This document shows, one piece after another, positions 9,291-17,745 of a stretch of 64,000 nucleotides of DNA; the first letter of the stretch is position 1; every line of letters begins with the position of its first letter. The DNA comes from Planctomycetota bacterium (GTDB taxonomy: Bacteria > Planctomycetota > UBA1135 > UBA2386). Where the stretch lies: positions 1,280,001 through 1,344,000 of the forward strand of contig OZ245838.1 in assembly GCA_965228735.1 (NCBI GenBank), in the 5' to 3' direction. A program made the position numbers and the translations under genes. The notes beneath the pieces were generated by a model, which was not told the DNA's origin, did not search any database, and was given only the letters and a program-made list of their open reading frames with translations.

Positions 9291-9345
9291 CGGGCTGCGT
9301 TCCTGAGCCACGCCCGCCGCCGTCCCCCGCTCCTCGGAGACAACG

Positions 9346-11433
9346 ATGACCGAAGCACGCACCCTCAACATCAACCTGAAGCTGCGCGACGAGCTCTCGC
9401 GGTCGATCAGCCGATCTCGGCAGGCGATCAAGACGTTCGCGACTGCAAGCCGCAACTCACTCCGACGGGTCCGGACCGCCGTCACAGGGCTCACCAAGAC
9501 CATCTTCAGTCTGAAGACCGCGGTTGTTGGCCTCATTGGCGCCAGCGTGATCGCGGGCTTCAAGTCGCTGTCCGACAGCATCGATCGCGTTGCGAAACAG
9601 GCGAAGGCGATCGGCGAGAGCCCCGAGAATCTCAGCGTCCTCGAGGCCGCGTTTGTGCAGGCTGGCGGATCGGCTGATCAGTTGCGTTCGATTCTCAGCA
9701 ACCTGACGAAGGCCTCCCAGTCGGCGCAGGACGAAGGGTCCGCGGCCGCGGAGGCGTTCAAGAAGCTCTCGATCAGCGCGACGGATCTGCGCGACTCGTC
9801 GCCGGCGGCGCTCATCGAGAAGATGGCGGCCGGCCTGGAGAACTTCAACGACGCGGGGCAGCGCGCGCAGGTTCTCTCGCAGATCCTGCCCGAGGGCTTC
9901 GTGCAGATTGGCCCGCTGATCTCACAGGGGCTCGACGACTTCCAGAAGCAGATCGAGCGTGTGCGGAAGCTGGGCGCTGAAGTCACGAGCGAGCAGGCGC
10001 GAGTCGCTGAGGCCGTTTCTGGCGCGTTTGGCGAAGTGAGGATCGCGCTGCAGGGCATCGGCAAGCAGGTCCTCGTCGCCTTCGGGCCTGCCACCGTCGC
10101 CGCCCTCGAGGCAACTGCCGAGTTCCTTGCCGAGAACCGTGACACTGCGCGGCAGGTCGCGGTCGCGGTCGGCGAAGGCGTGGTGACCGCCTTTCGGCTC
10201 GCGGTGCAGGCGGTGATCGGCCTGGTACGGACGATCGAGTCCATTCCAGGCGTGAAGCTCATCGACCTCGAGGAGACCGAGCGCGACATCCGAGCGATCG
10301 AGCGCAAGCTGCGGATCATCGACGAGGCTCGCAACGGCACCCTGAGCCGGCAGGCAGCCCGCGTGCGCGAGCTCGCGAACGCTGATCCGTTCGGAGGCCT
10401 CGGCAGCAAGAACGTCCGCCGTGCGCGGAGGGAACTGCCAGGCCTCGAACGCGACATCGCGCGCGCTCAGGATGACAACCTGGTCGAGCAGCTCGTCGGC
10501 CGGGAGTCGGAGCTTCGACGGAGGCTCGACGAGCTGCGCACGATCGCGAACGGTGGTCTTGCGGCTCAGCTCGAGGACATGCGGAGCACGATCGCGCAGA
10601 GCATCGGCAGCGCTGTGGCGGACGTGCGGAAGCGGGTCGCCGACAGCGACTCGCCGAGCTTGATTGACAGCGTTCTCGGCACCGTGGAGGTGATGCGCAA
10701 GCGCGGCGAGAAGCTCGTATCCGTGTTCAAGAAGACGGCGACGGACGCGGCGAACGCAGTGAAGGCCATCGTTCCCAACGCGAAGAAGGAGAAGGAGGAC
10801 GACAAGAAGAAGGACCCGGAGCCTCTCGGCTTCGAAAAGAGCCTCCAGAACGCGCTCAAACGATCGAAGGACATCATCGCGGACTTCAGCGGCTTCGTCG
10901 GCCGATCGATCGGCCAGGTCGCGGAGCGCAGTCTGGACTCGTTCGCGAATCAGTTCGCCAACGTCGTGACCGGAGTCAGGAACGCGAAGGAGGCATTCCA
11001 GGACTTCGCCCGCGCGTTCCTCGCCGACATCGCGAGAATGATCGCGAAGTCGATCGTGCTCGGAGCAGTCAAGACGCTGTTCAACCTGGCGGACGGCGGC
11101 GTCACCGCACCGGTCGACGAGACACGACCCGTTCGCGCGTTCGCGCGCGGCGGCGTCGCGCGGCGACCAACGCTGGCGGTGTTCGGCGAGGGCCGCAACG
11201 CGGAGGCGTTCGTTCCGTTGCCGGACAACCGCAGCATCCCGGTGACGTTTACCGGCACAAGCGGCGACGGCATGGGTGGCGGCGTCGTGAACCACTTCCA
11301 CATCAACGCGATGGACAGCCAAGACGTCACCCGCGTGCTGACGGATCACCAGGGCGTGCTGCGCAACATCTGGCACGCCCAGGTCGAGACGCGCGTCGGC
11401 ACGCGCCAGGCGATCCAGCGAGCCGCGCGGTGA
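9346..11433 (+). CDS. Phage tail tape-measure protein (695 aa)
   Basis: N-terminal LNINLKLRDELS, long Ala-rich helical body, C-terminal FARGGVARRPTLAVFGEG...EAFVPL and HINAMDSQDV. Confidence 0.88.
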   Translation: MTEARTLNINLKLRDELSRSISRSRQAIKTFATASRNSLRRVRTAVTGLTKTIFSLKTAVVGLIGASVIAGFKSLSDSIDRVAKQAKAIGESPENLSVLEAAFVQAGGSADQLRSILSNLTKASQSAQDEGSAAAEAFKKLSISATDLRDSSPAALIEKMAAGLENFNDAGQRAQVLSQILPEGFVQIGPLISQGLDDFQKQIERVRKLGAEVTSEQARVAEAVSGAFGEVRIALQGIGKQVLVAFGPATVAALEATAEFLAENRDTARQVAVAVGEGVVTAFRLAVQAVIGLVRTIESIPGVKLIDLEETERDIRAIERKLRIIDEARNGTLSRQAARVRELANADPFGGLGSKNVRRARRELPGLERDIARAQDDNLVEQLVGRESELRRRLDELRTIANGGLAAQLEDMRSTIAQSIGSAVADVRKRVADSDSPSLIDSVLGTVEVMRKRGEKLVSVFKKTATDAANAVKAIVPNAKKEKEDDKKKDPEPLGFEKSLQNALKRSKDIIADFSGFVGRSIGQVAERSLDSFANQFANVVTGVRNAKEAFQDFARAFLADIARMIAKSIVLGAVKTLFNLADGGVTAPVDETRPVRAFARGGVARRPTLAVFGEGRNAEAFVPLPDNRSIPVTFTGTSGDGMGGGVVNHFHINAMDSQDVTRVLTDHQGVLRNIWHAQVETRVGTRQAIQRAAR

Positions 11434-11590
11434 GCGGCAATCGAAACTTCGTCGGAGTCGTCGTGTCCGAACTCTCGCCGGGTGCTCCTTCTTGCTTCCC
11501 CGGCTCGGAGTCGTGGCGTGTTCTCTGGTTGCCTGCGCCGGTTCGCCGGCGCGGGCTTTTCTTTCCTCGAGCTTCTGAGCTGCCAGTGCC

Positions 11591-11797
11591 ATGAACGACG
11601 ATCCCGAACCCGTCCGAGCCATCGTGCCATTCGTTCCGTTCGAGTGCCCGACCTGCGGCCGCAAGAAACCGGAGACGTACGGCGTGCATCGACGAATCCG
11701 CTACCACCGGTGCACGGCTTGCGGGATGCGGTTCAAGAGCCTGCAGGTCCCGCCTCAGGCCGTGCACGGGTTCATGCGGCCGCGGCCGCACGCGTAG
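11591..11797 (+). CDS. Ogr/Delta-like zinc-ribbon protein
   Basis: CPTCG...IRYHRCTACGMRFKS. Confidence 0.65.
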   Translation: MNDDPEPVRAIVPFVPFECPTCGRKKPETYGVHRRIRYHRCTACGMRFKSLQVPPQAVHGFMRPRPHA

Positions 11798-11916
11798 GCA
11801 CGCAAGCACCTTCGGGCAGTCTGTGACCGATCGGAGTCCAGCGGTCGGCGCTTGGCGCGGCCGTGGTCGCGCGGTCTGCCATCGCAGGAGCGACCGCGGT
11901 TCCCAGCGAGCAGGGC

Positions 11917-11945
11917 TTGACCAGGGGCAGGCCTCGCGTTGGAAT
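11917..11945 (+). promoter_or_regulatory. Putative sigma70 promoter
   Basis: TTGACC-N17-TGGAAT upstream of the 12066 operon. Confidence 0.5.
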
Positions 11946-11991
11946 CCGCGCACGTCGGCGCATCCACGTCGACCGCTCTTTCCTTCCCTCG

Positions 11992-12034
11992 AATGAAACG
12001 GCCCGCCGCGGTGTTGGACGCACCACGACGAGCC
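11992..12034 (-). terminator. Minus-strand hairpin with U-rich tail (antisense RNA end or terminator)
   Basis: GGCUCGUCGUGGUG-CGUCCAA-CACCGCGGCGGGCC-GUUUCAUU; the 14-bp stem closes only on the minus strand, using three G-U pairs. Confidence 0.55.
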
Positions 12035-12065
12035 TTGCGAACCCCCTGAGTGAACAGGAGACCGC

Positions 12066-12236
12066 ATGAGAAGTTCCGTATCCGCGCGCCGTGACGCGCG
12101 CAACGCCGCTGTGGCGGCAGAACTCGCCCGCAGCCTGTCGTGGCTGCCCCGCCGATCGATCGCGCTGCAGGCCAGCGCCAGAGCCGCCGTCGTGGACGCC
12201 CGCGGGCGTCGCGTAGCGTCGGGAGGTGAGCGATGA
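12066..12236 (+). CDS. 56-aa small protein (not in the ORF track)
   Basis: AGGAG RBS, ATG at 12066, ATGA overlap with 12233. Confidence 0.55.
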   Translation: MRSSVSARRDARNAAVAAELARSLSWLPRRSIALQASARAAVVDARGRRVASGGER

Positions 12237-12886
12237 GGGTGCAGCGATGGGGTGATCCGATTGCGTCGCCGGCAACGGAGTCGAACATCAAGGCGCCTCG
12301 CATCTGGCCGCCGTCGCGTGACGCCGAGGTTCGGCTTGTGCGCCGGGATCAGATCACCTGGGCGATCGAGTACGATTCCCGAGTCGTCGCGCTGCGCGAT
12401 GTCCTCAAGGCAGCATCGAACGACCGCGACGCCGCCGAGCACGCCAGGGCCTGGAGCGTGCTCGGTCAGCTGACCTGGTCGCAGCGCGACGTCGAGCAGC
12501 TCGTCGACGCGCTCCACGAATACCGGGATGTGAACGCCTGGGAGTTGGTGCCGCTCCTCGCGCCGCTCGCAGTCAGGCACGGCGAGATCATCGCCAGGCT
12601 GTTCCCTGATCATCTCGATTGGAGCGTGGCTGCGCTGTGTGGGCGAGCCGGCGTTGTCGCAGCAGAGCGGGAGCTGCGGAGCGGGAACCCGCATCGTCGC
12701 GGCTCAGCGATCGGCATGCTGGACGCCGCGCTGGAGACGGGCTGGCGCGCGGACAGAGCGCTCGTGCTCGAGGCGCTGGCTGTGGAGAGGAACACGGACA
12801 ACGTGGACACGCTCCAGGCTCTCGCCGACGCGCTCAAGCCGCGCGGAGAACCGAACCGGCACGATGAGGGGCACTCCGATGCCTGA
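12233..12886 (+). CDS. Hypothetical helical protein
   Basis: GGAGGT RBS, 217 aa, overlaps the next gene. Confidence 0.65.
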   Translation: MRVQRWGDPIASPATESNIKAPRIWPPSRDAEVRLVRRDQITWAIEYDSRVVALRDVLKAASNDRDAAEHARAWSVLGQLTWSQRDVEQLVDALHEYRDVNAWELVPLLAPLAVRHGEIIARLFPDHLDWSVAALCGRAGVVAAERELRSGNPHRRGSAIGMLDAALETGWRADRALVLEALAVERNTDNVDTLQALADALKPRGEPNRHDEGHSDA

Positions 12887-13148
12887 CCGCGAACCGGCCT
12901 ACATCAAGCTCGAGGACCTCGCGCACGACCTGCAGGTCGACAAGTCGATCCTCGTGCGCCGTTCTCGGCTGGGCAAGTTCGTCAAGATGACCGAGATCGG
13001 CCCCGGCATCTGGCGGATCCTGCGCACGGACTGGGACGAGTGGCTGCTCGACAACTGCACGCACAACGCCGGCAAGATCGCGGGCATCACGGCAGCTGCG
13101 GTGAACGGCACTATCCAGAACCCGCGGCCGAGGAACCGAGGCCTGTGA
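12879..13148 (+). CDS. AlpA/excisionase-like HTH
   Basis: YIKLEDLAHDLQVDKSILVRRSRLGKF...WRILRTDWDEW. Confidence 0.7.
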   Translation: MPDREPAYIKLEDLAHDLQVDKSILVRRSRLGKFVKMTEIGPGIWRILRTDWDEWLLDNCTHNAGKIAGITAAAVNGTIQNPRPRNRGL

Positions 13149-13442
13149 CCGACTTCGGCCATGACCACGAGCTACTGACGCTGGAGGAGGTCGCCGCCTA
13201 CCTCCGCGTCGACAAGGCGAAGCTCGTCCAGATGTCGCGATGCGGCAAGTTCCCAGGCATCCTCGAGATCACGACCCGCGAGAAGCGCGTGCGGCGCGCC
13301 GAGTTCGAGGAGTGGGAAAGCGGACCGCTGGAGCTCGAATGCGATCGTGCTTAGCGCGCTCACGAAGGCCGCGATCAACGGCACGCTGCCGATGAATCGG
13401 CAGGCGAACAGCCGGAACAACCGATCTCGGCGGCGCGGGTAA
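13145..13442 (+). CDS. Excisionase-like HTH paralogue with an apparent one-base frameshift near 13317 (as read, stops at 13354)
   Basis: LLTLEEVAAYLRVDKAKLVQMSRCGKFP; similarity to the upstream paralogue (TKAAINGT vs TAAAVNGT) continues in another frame. Confidence 0.7.
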
Positions 13443-13459
13443 CGGCGAACTCGGCCGGC

Positions 13460-14257
13460 TCAGCGCATGATCGCATGCGGCCCCATGAGGTAGAATTCGC
13501 TCAGGAACTTCACGAACTCCGACGCTTGGACCACAAACACGGACTGTACCGAGCCTTCAGTCCAGGATGCCAGGTCGACGATTGGCTGTGCGACGTTCGA
13601 GAAGCGCGGGAACGGTTTCTCGTAGCGCAGCCAGGGGAGCTTCTCTCCCTCTTCATCGCCGTTCTCGATCTCGCCCGTGGTGAGGTTGACCTGCCCGATC
13701 TCAAGTCGCCTGAGTTCGGCATTGGTCACGATCACTGGAATGAAAGCGAACGGCTCCTCTCTTGCCTGGAACGGCACATCGCTCATCTGAGACAGGAGCT
13801 CTGCCACGACTGAATCCAGATCGTGGTTGCCCTTTCGCTCTTCGAATAGGCAGTGCTCGGCGGCCACGTCGTGGGTTGTCGAGTTGTACTCCGCCGTAAG
13901 CAAGCTGGGCGGTCCGGGGCCGCCAGGCTGTCGATACGGCACGATGGGGGTGCGCGCCCTTCGCTGCTGGCTCTTCGATGGAGCCATGAACAGCAGTCGC
14001 ATCGGGCGTTCATGGTTCTTCATCCAGTGGCGTTTAACTTCAACTGCCATCCGCGCCCGCTCGCCGTCGCCGCCTCGATAGCGAAGCACCATGTCAATGA
14101 AGCCGTCTCCGGCAGGGACCTCCTCGGCTTCGAGCTTCCAGGGATGCTGTCCGACTTTGCCGCTTAGGCTGACCCTTCGGGCCAAGTCTCGCTGGAGCGG
14201 GATGCCGGAGCTGCATGCGCGCTTGCGGTCAGATTGCCCGCCGTTGGCCGGAGTCAT
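13460..14257 (-). CDS. PD-(D/E)XK restriction-endonuclease-like protein
   Basis: SGIPLQ...FIDMVL...AVEVKR, IPVIVTNA; ATGA overlap with the upstream gene. Confidence 0.65.
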   Translation of the reverse strand: MTPANGGQSDRKRACSSGIPLQRDLARRVSLSGKVGQHPWKLEAEEVPAGDGFIDMVLRYRGGDGERARMAVEVKRHWMKNHERPMRLLFMAPSKSQQRRARTPIVPYRQPGGPGPPSLLTAEYNSTTHDVAAEHCLFEERKGNHDLDSVVAELLSQMSDVPFQAREEPFAFIPVIVTNAELRRLEIGQVNLTTGEIENGDEEGEKLPWLRYEKPFPRFSNVAQPIVDLASWTEGSVQSVFVVQASEFVKFLSEFYLMGPHAIMR

Positions 14258-14928
14258 GGCCCGCCCCGCGATTGGGGAGATCGCTGTGCGTTGCGCTTCG
14301 ACTCGAGCGAATCGACTCCTGCGCGAAGAACCTTGCACAGCGTGCTTGCGTCGCCTTCTCCGCGGGACGATTGGAAGTCCAACGGTCCCGCGCCGACCGC
14401 TCGACCAACTTCGTCGTTGTAGCTCTGCAAGTCAGCGAAGAACGCTTGAACGTCCTCGGCGCTGTGTTGCCCGAGCAACTTGGGCTTGAGGTGAACCGTC
14501 TTGTCCAGGTGTGCTCCGAGCTTGTGTCGCGCCGGCAGAACGAGCTCGCGGTAGCGCAAGAGCCCGGCTGAGGACTGTGCCATCGACTCCGTAAACAACT
14601 GCTCGGCCTTCAGCTGTTCGTTCAGGTTGTCGACAGTCAGGCACTCCTTGCCACACACGTTCGCCGGGTCTGTCAGGCGACACACGGTGACGATGATGTT
14701 TAGGTGGAGGACCTGGTGGAGCTCATTGAAGAAGTGGAACGCCGCATCCTTGAGCAGCTCTTGCCTTCGGTCGTCGTGGTAGAGGTCGACGAACGTGTTG
14801 AAGCAGTTACGCAGCCAGATGCACTGATCGCGGAATGCGTCGAACGTCTTTCGGAGGTGTGGCGATGCTGTCACTGCTACCTGGGTGTGCGGTTGAGGCC
14901 TGGGCCGTGCGCGAGGCCGACTACTCAC
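14254..14928 (-). CDS. HEPN-domain protein, AbiU2-like
   Basis: FFNELHQVL...VCRLTDP...LTV and RHKLGAH (R-x4-6-H) motif. Confidence 0.75.
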   Translation of the reverse strand: MSSRPRARPRPQPHTQVAVTASPHLRKTFDAFRDQCIWLRNCFNTFVDLYHDDRRQELLKDAAFHFFNELHQVLHLNIIVTVCRLTDPANVCGKECLTVDNLNEQLKAEQLFTESMAQSSAGLLRYRELVLPARHKLGAHLDKTVHLKPKLLGQHSAEDVQAFFADLQSYNDEVGRAVGAGPLDFQSSRGEGDASTLCKVLRAGVDSLESKRNAQRSPQSRGGP

Positions 14929-16012
14929 AGCCCCACGTGAACTTCCGCTTGAGCTGGTTCCCGTGGCTGTGTGGCCACACCCTGTCGTGCTGCAGTCGAC
15001 CAGCCACGATTCCCGGTGCGATGCCGATCTGGTCGGCGAAAGCGGCCGCAGCTCTCTTCGAAGGCGCCGGGTGCTGTTCTCGGAACTCTTGGTACTGCTC
15101 GGGAGGGATCAGCTTGTCACGAGCGAATTCATTGGCGCGGGCTTCTACGGGGTCGTCTCCCGAGTAGGAGTGGGCGTCGTCGATGAAGATCGCTTGGGAT
15201 GAGTGCTCGAGAACGTGGCATGCTTCATGAAAGAGGCTGAACCACATCTGGTCATCAGTGCGGCCCCGAAGACTCAGGTGGATTGCGGCCCGCTTCGGCC
15301 CGAACCATCGAGTCGCTCCATTGATCGAGAGCCTGGGGAGTGACGGGGTGAACGTCAGTGCGACTCCAGCTGCCGAGCACTGCGCCACGGCCTGCTTTGC
15401 GAACTCCTTCGCGGGCAGGCGGGTCATACCGCGGATGGCGCTGACGGCTTGGCTAAAGCGCGATTCGTCGTATGGCGCGCAATCGATCTGTTGAGCGTTC
15501 AGCTCTGAGAGCCTCAACCAAGCTGTGAGTGCGTGTCGGTTGGGGTGGAAGGTCGGTGACTTTCTGAACCGGGCCGTTACTGGTGCCCAAGCGGCTTGCC
15601 ACGCGTCGGGGGTTGCCACTCCGAAGAACCGAAGCAGTGCCTCAACTCGGTCGATCGCCGCCTGGCCAACGTCAGCGACGTACCCAAAGCGAACCATCTC
15701 TCTGAAGGGGAAGGAGCGCATCCACCCCGCGAAATCGCGCAGGGCAGAGCGCTCGGCCGCGCGTTGCTGCTCGGCTCGATACGCGACCTCGAGATTCATC
15801 CAGAACGTGGCAGGGATCTGTAGGACGCGCTCCAGAAGCAATGCGGTGCTGTAGCTGAGCGTGGCCTTTGCGTTCATGACTTGGCTGACGTGCTTCTCGC
15901 TCAGGCCGGTCCGGCGCGACAGCTCCGCGCTCGACATGGAGCGTTCCTCCAACGCCTCGGCGAGAATCTCGCCGGGTGGCGACAGGTCTCGGATGTCGGG
16001 CGAGTCAGCCAT
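14921..16012 (-). CDS. higA: HigA-family antitoxin: XRE HTH fused to ImmA/IrrE-type metallopeptidase
   Basis: PPGEILAEALEERSMS...FWMNLE; WFSLFHEACH, EARANEFA. Confidence 0.88.
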   Translation of the reverse strand: MADSPDIRDLSPPGEILAEALEERSMSSAELSRRTGLSEKHVSQVMNAKATLSYSTALLLERVLQIPATFWMNLEVAYRAEQQRAAERSALRDFAGWMRSFPFREMVRFGYVADVGQAAIDRVEALLRFFGVATPDAWQAAWAPVTARFRKSPTFHPNRHALTAWLRLSELNAQQIDCAPYDESRFSQAVSAIRGMTRLPAKEFAKQAVAQCSAAGVALTFTPSLPRLSINGATRWFGPKRAAIHLSLRGRTDDQMWFSLFHEACHVLEHSSQAIFIDDAHSYSGDDPVEARANEFARDKLIPPEQYQEFREQHPAPSKRAAAAFADQIGIAPGIVAGRLQHDRVWPHSHGNQLKRKFTWGCE

Positions 16013-16328
16013 GGTAGTCGACGATTTCAGTAATTAGGACGTGCGAGATATGACCCCAGTCGTCGCCGATGGCGACCCCCGGGGCGAGAACCGGTTTGAA
16101 GATCAATCGATACGGTCCATCCAAGGACGCGGCGAAGAACCCTGCACGGTCGCCGGTCAGCTGGTGAAAGCGGCCGGGAACGTGTCGAAGAGCTTCGAGA
16201 TTCGAGGCGGCCTTGAGTGACGAGAGTCGGCGCTTCAGCTTCTCTGCGCGATCGCGCCCAAACGCCCGAAGTCGGCTTCGGGCGTCGACGCACTGCTTCT
16301 CGAGCTTTCCGTGGAAGTCGATCTTCAC
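16005..16328 (-). CDS. higB: HigB/RelE-family toxin
   Basis: PGRFHQLTGDRAG...LDGPYRLIF...EIVDYH; upstream of the antitoxin. Confidence 0.88.
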   Translation of the reverse strand: MKIDFHGKLEKQCVDARSRLRAFGRDRAEKLKRRLSSLKAASNLEALRHVPGRFHQLTGDRAGFFAASLDGPYRLIFKPVLAPGVAIGDDWGHISHVLITEIVDYHG

Positions 16329-16347
16329 ATCGGCGTTTCGATAGAGG

Positions 16348-16377
16348 ATCTTTACCGGATTGGTAAAGATGATTCAA
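16348..16377 (-). promoter_or_regulatory. higBA promoter with palindromic operator
   Basis: Perfect inverted repeat ATCTTTACC-N5-GGTAAAGAT (16348-16370) just downstream of a TTGAAT -35 box. Confidence 0.65.
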
Positions 16378-16419
16378 GCCCCAGATGCCTCAGAGTCCTG
16401 AGCGAACTGCGCGTCCGCG

Positions 16420-16992
16420 CTACCGCCCGCGCAACGGACCACCGAGCGGAGAACCGAGAAGGTCCAGCATGCGCGAGTCCCGCCTCGGCGTTTCCTCGAA
16501 CGCGACCAACCGGCCTTCCCGGTAGCCAAGGACCTTCGCAACCGTTCGCAGAAGCTCCCTCGCGAGCGCGGACTCAGCCACGCCGAATCCCCAATCGTGG
16601 TCTTCTCCTGTGATCGGGTAGACCAGGCGGCGCCGCCCCTTGTTCTCGCCGGACTTCGTCACCGTGTAGTTGCGATCCAGCCGCTGAACGGTCTCCCGGA
16701 CTGCATCGCTCTTGAGGCTCGGGTTGAGCTCGCCGAGTCCGGACTCGAGTGCTTTGTCGAGCGCCCTGCAGAGGTCGTGCCCAACTCGCTTGAGGTCCGA
16801 CTCGCTTGCACCGCAGTGCACTAGATAGGACTTCAGCACGAGCTCGATCCCGGTCCCGAGCGCCTGTAGTAAAGGCGGCATCAGTCGGTCGTCGCAACTG
16901 CGAACGAGCTGGAAGGCTGCCGCAATGTAGAGGTCACCAAACCAGAGAAACGACTCGGCTTCCTGCCAGTCTGCAGGAACTGGATCTCGCAT
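16420..16992 (-). CDS. HEPN-like protein
   Basis: GIELVLKSYL...GHDLCRAL pattern. Confidence 0.65.
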   Translation of the reverse strand: MRDPVPADWQEAESFLWFGDLYIAAAFQLVRSCDDRLMPPLLQALGTGIELVLKSYLVHCGASESDLKRVGHDLCRALDKALESGLGELNPSLKSDAVRETVQRLDRNYTVTKSGENKGRRRLVYPITGEDHDWGFGVAESALARELLRTVAKVLGYREGRLVAFEETPRRDSRMLDLLGSPLGGPLRGR

Positions 16993-16999
16993 GGCAAAC

Positions 17000-17554
17000 C
17001 TACGCGTCGCGATGGGCGTCACGGATGTCCGAAAGGTTCGCGACGGTCCCGAAGTCGAGGCGCAACAGCGCGTCGTCAAGCAAGATGGTCACAGCGTCGC
17101 GATACGTGTCGGCTTGACGGACTCCCATGACCAACTTGTTCTCGGTCTGTTGGTTGCCCTGCACCGCTCCTTCGTACCGCGCAGCAGCGGCAGTGATGGC
17201 AGCGCTGAGCAGCGTCGCCTCCCGTTGGCTCTCTGCCGCATCCGCCTGCCGCTTCAGCTCGCCCCTCGTGTCATGGAGTTCCTGCCGCTGCAGGCGTAGC
17301 TCCTCCCGCTGGAGACGTAGCTCCGTGCGTTGCAGCAGGATCGCAACCACGACGCCGGCCAGCGCGAGACCGGAGAACAGCGCGTTGACCGCGCCGAAGG
17401 CGTCACCAAGCTGCCCGCGGGCCTCGATGTTCTCGCCGAACCAAGCGAGCACCGGCACGCTGGCCAGCCAGATGGCAATGATCGCGAGCGCCAGCACAGC
17501 GAGCCGTCCCAGGGGCAGCGCGCTGCTCCCTCCGACCTGGTCGTCCTTCGTCAT
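17000..17554 (-). CDS. Two-TM membrane protein with coiled coil (resembles the N-terminus of putative Abi proteins)
   Basis: RGQLGDAFGAVNALFSGLALAGVVVAILLQRTELRLQREEL. Confidence 0.7.
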   Translation of the reverse strand: MTKDDQVGGSSALPLGRLAVLALAIIAIWLASVPVLAWFGENIEARGQLGDAFGAVNALFSGLALAGVVVAILLQRTELRLQREELRLQRQELHDTRGELKRQADAAESQREATLLSAAITAAAARYEGAVQGNQQTENKLVMGVRQADTYRDAVTILLDDALLRLDFGTVANLSDIRDAHRDA

Positions 17555-17595
17555 TACGGCAGAGTAACCAGCGCCAAACAGTCGCCTGGCCGCGT

Positions 17596-17617
17596 GGGGG
17601 CAAATCCGGGGGCAAAT
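17596..17617 (+). promoter_or_regulatory. Putative integrase arm-type sites near attR
   Basis: GGGGGCAAATCCGGGGGCAAAT, matching 504-524. Confidence 0.7.
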
Positions 17618-17745
17618 GGTCGCCGAAACTCGACCAAACTGGCCATTCTGCCCCCGCACCCCCTCTCGTCGGCGCGCTCCCAGACACCGCTTGCTGCAGA
17701 CCTATTCCACGCATTCGCAGTTGGCTTCGCTCCCCATCGGGCTGA

